Assembly (NCBI GenBank): GCA_963734545.1
Contig: CAVTHO010000005.1
Location: forward strand, 512,001 to 576,000
Length of the DNA stretch: 64,000 nt
Reading direction: 5' to 3'
From: an uncultured Spirochaetota bacterium
GTDB lineage: Bacteria; Spirochaetota; Spirochaetia; SZUA-6; Fen-1364
How positions within the stretch are numbered: the first letter of the stretch is position 1; the number at the start of each line of letters is the position of its first letter. The notes under the pieces are model-generated. The model was given only the letters and a program-made list of their open reading frames with translations, ran no database searches and was not told the DNA's origin. A program made the position numbers and the translations under genes. Positions 59,545 through 64,000 of the stretch are shown piece by piece.

Positions 59545-60534
59545 TCACGCGCCGGGAGGGAGGCCGAACCTGCGGAAAAGGCGGTCGTCGGAAACGAGAA
59601 AGCTGTGCACTTCCGCGATCAGGTCTTCGGCGAGCACGAGCACGTGCAGCGAGGCGGGACGGAAGAGGCCTCCGTCGCCGCGCCGGTACAGACCGAAGGC
59701 CGGGCAGCCGTTGGCGCTCGTTGCCGCCAGGCGGAAACTGCCCCGCGCGTCACCGGAGAAGAGCCTTTCCCCCAAGAACTGACGAATCGCGCTCCGCCCG
59801 CGGAACCAGAGCGGCATCGGCGGCATGGTCATGGACGCGTCCTCCTGCAGGAGCGCCACGAGCGAGTCGGCATCCGCCGCCTCCCACGCCTGCACGTAGC
59901 GGGTCAACAGGGAGGCGCGCGCCGCATCCGCGGGCACCTTACGGCCTGACCCCGGCTGCGCGCCCAGCTTTTTCATGGCGGCGCGGGCACGCTGGAGAGA
60001 GCTGGTCACCGAGGCCGCGCTCGTCTCGAGGATGTCCGCGGTCTCCCGTGCGCTCCATCCGAGGACGTCGCACAGGAGCAGGACCGCGCGCTGTCGGCCG
60101 GGCAGGAGCTGGAGCGCGGTGAGGAACGCCAGGGTCACGCTCTCCCGGATTTCGTAGCGCGTTTCCGGGCTCAGTCCGGGCCGTTCGTCGACGAGCGCGT
60201 CCGGCAGCGGCTCGAGCCAGGGTGATTCCTGCGCCGGCTGCGGGAAAGGGTCCAGAGGGCTGCCCGGCGCATGGGTTGCCGTGGGCAGGGACCGCCTCCG
60301 CCGCTTTGCCAGCGCGTCCAGGGATACATTGGTGGCGATCCTGTAGAGCCAGGCACGGAGCGTGGATCTGCCCTCGAAAGTGTCGAGACTGCGCCAGGCG
60401 CGCAGGAATGTTTCCTGCACCATGTCTTCCGCGTCCTCGATGGAACCGAGCATCCGGTAGCAGTGCACCAGCAGCTCCCGCTCATGGCGGGCGGCGAGGC
60501 CGTGGAAGGTGTCCCTGTCAGGAGAGATCGACAT
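59545..60534 (-). CDS. ECF sigma factor with a C-terminal SnoaL-like domain (SigG-type)
   Basis: HCYRMLGSIEDAEDMVQETFLRAW, WLEPLPD, LPGRQRAVLLL, MPP, ANGCPAFGLY. Confidence 0.93.
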   Translation of the reverse strand: MSISPDRDTFHGLAARHERELLVHCYRMLGSIEDAEDMVQETFLRAWRSLDTFEGRSTLRAWLYRIATNVSLDALAKRRRRSLPTATHAPGSPLDPFPQPAQESPWLEPLPDALVDERPGLSPETRYEIRESVTLAFLTALQLLPGRQRAVLLLCDVLGWSARETADILETSAASVTSSLQRARAAMKKLGAQPGSGRKVPADAARASLLTRYVQAWEAADADSLVALLQEDASMTMPPMPLWFRGRSAIRQFLGERLFSGDARGSFRLAATSANGCPAFGLYRRGDGGLFRPASLHVLVLAEDLIAEVHSFLVSDDRLFRRFGLPPGA

Positions 60535-60991
60535 TTCGTCCCAGGTATTCCGAGTAGTCCCGCGCAGCGGGGGTGTATTCCTCCCCCAGCATGTGGGAGG
60601 AGATGACGAAATCAGCCGTCGACCTGTTGCATGCGGTGGGAATGTTGTACAGGACCGAGATCCTCAGGAGCGCCCGGACATCCACGTCGTGCGGATGCGG
60701 CTGCATCGGATCCCAGAAGAATATAAGAATGTCGATCTTGCCGTCGGCGATCATCGCGCCGAGCTGCTGGTCACCGCCGAATGGCCCGGACTTCAGCTTG
60801 ACCATCTCGTACCGCGGCTGATGCTCCGCATCAATCTGCTTTGCCAGGGCCTCTTCCACGAGCCTCCCCGTGGTTCCCGTGCAGACCAGCTGGTGGTCCA
60901 GGAGCACGTTCCAGTTCCAGCTTACCCATTCCACCATGTCCTTCTTGCAGTTGTCGTGCGCAACGAGCGCAATACGTTTTCTGACGACCAT
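60518..60991 (-). CDS. mgsA: Methylglyoxal synthase
   Basis: IALVAHDNCK, TGTTG, SGPFGGDQQ, FFWDP, PHDVDV, ACNRSTAD. Confidence 0.95.
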   Translation of the reverse strand: MVVRKRIALVAHDNCKKDMVEWVSWNWNVLLDHQLVCTGTTGRLVEEALAKQIDAEHQPRYEMVKLKSGPFGGDQQLGAMIADGKIDILIFFWDPMQPHPHDVDVRALLRISVLYNIPTACNRSTADFVISSHMLGEEYTPAARDYSEYLGRNVDLS

Positions 60992-61168
60992 GATTCCTCG
61001 ATTCTCCCCCAGAATATAATGGCGGGCGGTTGATCCGCCCATTGCCGGTGGCGTGCCGGCTTGTTCGACTCCCCCTTCCGCAACTATAGGCGAACGCCCT
61101 GCACGGGGAAAGTCCGTCTTCTCCCGCGGCCGGCACGGGACCGCGCGATGGTGTATAGTGGAATCACG

Positions 61169-61705
61169 ATGAATCCCCGGCTGAAAGAGATCGTCGACGA
61201 GATCGAAGCTGCCCGGTCGGAGATTGTCCGCATCATGTCTGATCTGGACGAGGCGGCGACAGCCAGGCGCGCCGATCCCGGCCAGTGGTCGATCGGCGAA
61301 ATCCTCCACCACCTGTTTCTCATCGAGAGTCAGGTGACGACCCTGCTGGAAAGGCAGATCAGGCGGGCAAAGGATCGGGGCATCGGTGCCGACCCGGGCA
61401 CCGAGTCGCTGATCCACAGTCTCGATCGTTTCTCGATAGAAACGGCGCCTGACAAGATCAAGGCGCCGCAATCGGTCGTTCCCGCGCAGGGCGTGAGCAG
61501 GAGCGAGCTGCTTGCCCTGCTCGCCGCGTCCCGCGCGAAGCTCCGGGAGGCGATCAAAGAGGCGGAGGGCATCGATCTCAGCCAGATGCAATTCCCGCAT
61601 CCCGTGTTCGGCCGGATCGACATGTATCAATGGATACTCTACGTGGGCAAGCACGAAAGAAGACACATCGCCCAGATTACGCGCGCAAAAGGGGCATCAT
61701 GCTGA
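61169..61705 (+). CDS. DinB-family protein
   Basis: WSIGEILHHL, HPVFG, HERRH. Confidence 0.88.
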   Translation: MNPRLKEIVDEIEAARSEIVRIMSDLDEAATARRADPGQWSIGEILHHLFLIESQVTTLLERQIRRAKDRGIGADPGTESLIHSLDRFSIETAPDKIKAPQSVVPAQGVSRSELLALLAASRAKLREAIKEAEGIDLSQMQFPHPVFGRIDMYQWILYVGKHERRHIAQITRAKGASC

Positions 61706-62484
61706 TCCGAAACGAGAAGGAGTTCCCCTTCGGCTACACTCCCATCACTGAATCACAAGGGCGCCACGCCAAGACACTCATGGATTTTGGTATCCTCAGG
61801 CTGCCCGAAGGCGCCGCGCACCATTTTGCCGCCGGGAAAGAGAGAGCACTGCTTCTCCTTCAGGGAAGTCTGGACGTAGTCGCGGGGCAGGTGAAGAAGA
61901 GGATCGTGCGGGAATCACTTTTCGACCAGGCGCCCTGGTGCCTGCATCTTTCCGCTGACGCGGAGGCCACCGTGACCGCAACCGGGAGGGAGGCGGAGAT
62001 CTCCGTGCACGCAACGGAAAACCCGCGCGGCTTTCCGGTGAAGCTCTACAGCCCTGAAGAGTGCAGGAGCGAAGAGCGGGGCAAGGGTACCATGCGGGAG
62101 ACCTCGACCCGGATCGTGCGCACGATCATCGAGGATCCCCGGGCCCCCTGGTCCAATCTCGTCCTGGGTGAAGTAATCACCTACCCCGGGAAATGGTCCA
62201 GCTACCCGCCGCATCATCACCCGCAGCCTGAGATATATCACTACCGATTCATGCCTCCCGGGGGATTCGGGTTTGCCGCCATCGGCGACGAGGGCTGCGT
62301 GGTGCGCAACCGGGATACCGTGCTTATCCCTCCCCATGCGGTGCATCCCCAGGCAGCCGCGCCCGGCTACGCGATGTTCTACATCTGGGTGATTCGCCAC
62401 CTGGACGGGGACCGCTACGGCGTGCCGACTTTTGTTCCCGAGCACTCCTGGGTCACGGATCCCGCGGCAAAGATCTGGCCGTAG
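61699..62484 (+). CDS. iolB: 5-deoxy-glucuronate isomerase (IolB/KduI family)
   Basis: RESLFD, LGEVITYPGKWSSYPPHHH, EIYHYRF, HPQAAAPGY. Confidence 0.88.
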   Translation: MLIRNEKEFPFGYTPITESQGRHAKTLMDFGILRLPEGAAHHFAAGKERALLLLQGSLDVVAGQVKKRIVRESLFDQAPWCLHLSADAEATVTATGREAEISVHATENPRGFPVKLYSPEECRSEERGKGTMRETSTRIVRTIIEDPRAPWSNLVLGEVITYPGKWSSYPPHHHPQPEIYHYRFMPPGGFGFAAIGDEGCVVRNRDTVLIPPHAVHPQAAAPGYAMFYIWVIRHLDGDRYGVPTFVPEHSWVTDPAAKIWP

Positions 62485-62486
62485 CA

Positions 62487-62559
62487 CGCCGAAGGCGCGC
62501 AGAGGGCGAGCGAGTCCATGGACGGACGAAAGCGAGCCCTCGCGGCGGCTCGCTGGCTC
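62487..62559 (-). repeat. Palindromic intergenic repeat; empty-site allele for element E5
   Basis: Reverse complement of 62513-62532 is CTTTCGTCCGTCCATGGACT, which equals the joined flanks of E5. Confidence 0.75.
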
Positions 62560-62606
62560 AAATCGGCGCGGGAATATATGATGAGCACTACACGAGGGGG
62601 TCGGTC

Positions 62607-63443
62607 ATGATCGAGCAGGGACGCTTTGCTCTCAACAGGATTACCTGTCCGTCACTGGGATTGGAGGATTTCTTCCGGTTTTCGGCGGACCTCGGCCTGA
62701 AAAAAGTCGAGCTGCGAAACGACCTGGCCGGCCGGGATGTCATTGACGGCCTTCCCCCCTCCCAGGCAGCCGCTCTGGCGGAACGCCACGGCATCCGGAT
62801 CATCAGCATCAACGCGCTGCAAAAGTTCAACCTGAAAGCGGTCCGGGCCCGGGCGATGGAAGAGCTTGGACAGCTTCTCGACCTGGCCGCTGCCATCCGA
62901 TGCCCGGCCATTGTGCTCTGCCCCAACAACGACACCAAAGACGGAAGGGAAGCGGCCACGCGCGTGGCGGAAACGATCGAGGCGCTGCGGGCTTTCGGCC
63001 CCTTGTTCACGAAACGGGGCATGCAGGGATACGTGGAGCCGCTCGGGTTTCCGGAGTCTTCCCTTTCATCAATCCTCGTGGCGGTTGAAGCGGCGAAGAG
63101 CTCGGGATTCTCCTGCTATCGCGCCCTCTACGATACCTTTCACCATTTCCTGGGACCTGACACGGAAACGGACATCGGCTCACTCTACGATGTGGCCCGC
63201 ACCGGGCTCATCCATGTTTCAGGCGTCGAATCCGGGATCGCGAAGGAAATGTACCGGGATGAGCACCGCGTCCTTCCGTCAGCGGCGGATCGGACAGCCA
63301 GCAGGGAGCAGATCGAGCGGCATGTGGCCCTGGGGTACCAAGGTGACATCTCGCTGGAGCCCTTCTCGCCGGCCGTGCAGTCTCTGCCGCCGAAGGAGCT
63401 GGCTGCTGCAGTGAAACGGAGCGTGGAGTACCTGCGGAGCTAG
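62607..63443 (+). CDS. TIM-barrel sugar isomerase, IolI-like (inosose isomerase)
   Basis: FALNRI, VELRND, SINALQKFN, VEPLGF, DTFHH, HVSGV, SLEPFS; adjacent to iolB. Confidence 0.82.
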   Translation: MIEQGRFALNRITCPSLGLEDFFRFSADLGLKKVELRNDLAGRDVIDGLPPSQAAALAERHGIRIISINALQKFNLKAVRARAMEELGQLLDLAAAIRCPAIVLCPNNDTKDGREAATRVAETIEALRAFGPLFTKRGMQGYVEPLGFPESSLSSILVAVEAAKSSGFSCYRALYDTFHHFLGPDTETDIGSLYDVARTGLIHVSGVESGIAKEMYRDEHRVLPSAADRTASREQIERHVALGYQGDISLEPFSPAVQSLPPKELAAAVKRSVEYLRS

Positions 63444-63483
63444 CACGACCCGGGCGCCGCTTCTGCACGGCTTTCAGCCGTGC

Positions 63484-64000
63484 TCAGGTCCTTCGGACGT
63501 TTTTCCGCACGTCTATGGTGACCGCGACCACGATAATGATGGCGCGCGCGACCTGCTGGAAATCCGCTGAAACGTTCAGGATATCCAGGCCGTTTTTCAT
63601 GACGCCGATTATGAGCGCGCCGATGAGCGTTCCCCCGGCGCTTCCCAACCCTCCTGCAAGGCTGGTGCCCCCGATGACGGATGCGGCGATGGCATCCAGC
63701 TCGTAACCCAGGCCCAGGCCCGGCTGGCCCGAACCGATGCGCGCGGTGAGAACGATGGCAGCCACCGCCGCGAGGAATCCCGCGAACGTATAGACCAGGA
63801 TGAGGTAGCGGTCGGTCTTTATTCCCGACACCACCGCGGCCTGGAGGTTGCTTCCCAGGGCATAGGTGTACCTCCCCCACAATGTGTGCTGGAGGATGAC
63901 GTACGTAATTGCCACGCAGACCAGGAGGATGATCGCCGGATTCGGTATGCCGAGGATCGAGCCCTGTCCGATGACCTGGAAGGCATCGATCAGGCTGCCG
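63484..64000 (-). CDS. Sugar ABC permease (RbsC-like), 5' part outside the window
   Basis: WGRYTYALGSN, GYELDAIAASVIGGTSL. Confidence 0.9.
   Translation of the reverse strand, partial: GSLIDAFQVIGQGSILGIPNPAIILLVCVAITYVILQHTLWGRYTYALGSNLQAAVVSGIKTDRYLILVYTFAGFLAAVAAIVLTARIGSGQPGLGLGYELDAIAASVIGGTSLAGGLGSAGGTLIGALIIGVMKNGLDILNVSADFQQVARAIIIVVAVTIDVRKNVRRT

Noticed and set aside
60518-61666. 382-aa extended MgsA
   Set aside because: The upstream part is antisense to the DinB gene; MgsA homology begins at ATG 60991.

Overview
This is a GC-rich bacterial chromosomal window, probably from a metagenome-assembled genome. The gene style (MCPs, many sugar ABC systems, a sigma54 system) suggests a free-living spirochaete, but that is inference only. 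It holds about 55 housekeeping and accessory genes: a LacI regulator with three visible operators, signalling proteins, glgX, a large radical SAM enzyme, an SbcCD-like pair, a GH4 glycosidase, two paralogous MCPs, an orphan algF-algI-algJ O-acylation module facing two secreted lipases, GH116, an ABC plus GH149 beta-1,3-glucan phosphorylase locus with a ROK operator, a sigma54-controlled sugar ABC/MCP operon, mgsA next to a SnoaL-type ECF sigma factor, and inositol genes. Eight genes carry small indels that look like sequencing errors. I saw no rRNA, tRNA, CRISPR array, transposase or prophage. The most unusual signal is a 30-nt double-hairpin element present in five copies. Its stems show compensatory changes, it is free of stop codons in all six frames, it sits in frame inside sbcD, one copy is nested in the loop of another, and matching empty sites exist elsewhere in the window. 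It is a candidate ultra-small mobile palindromic element.
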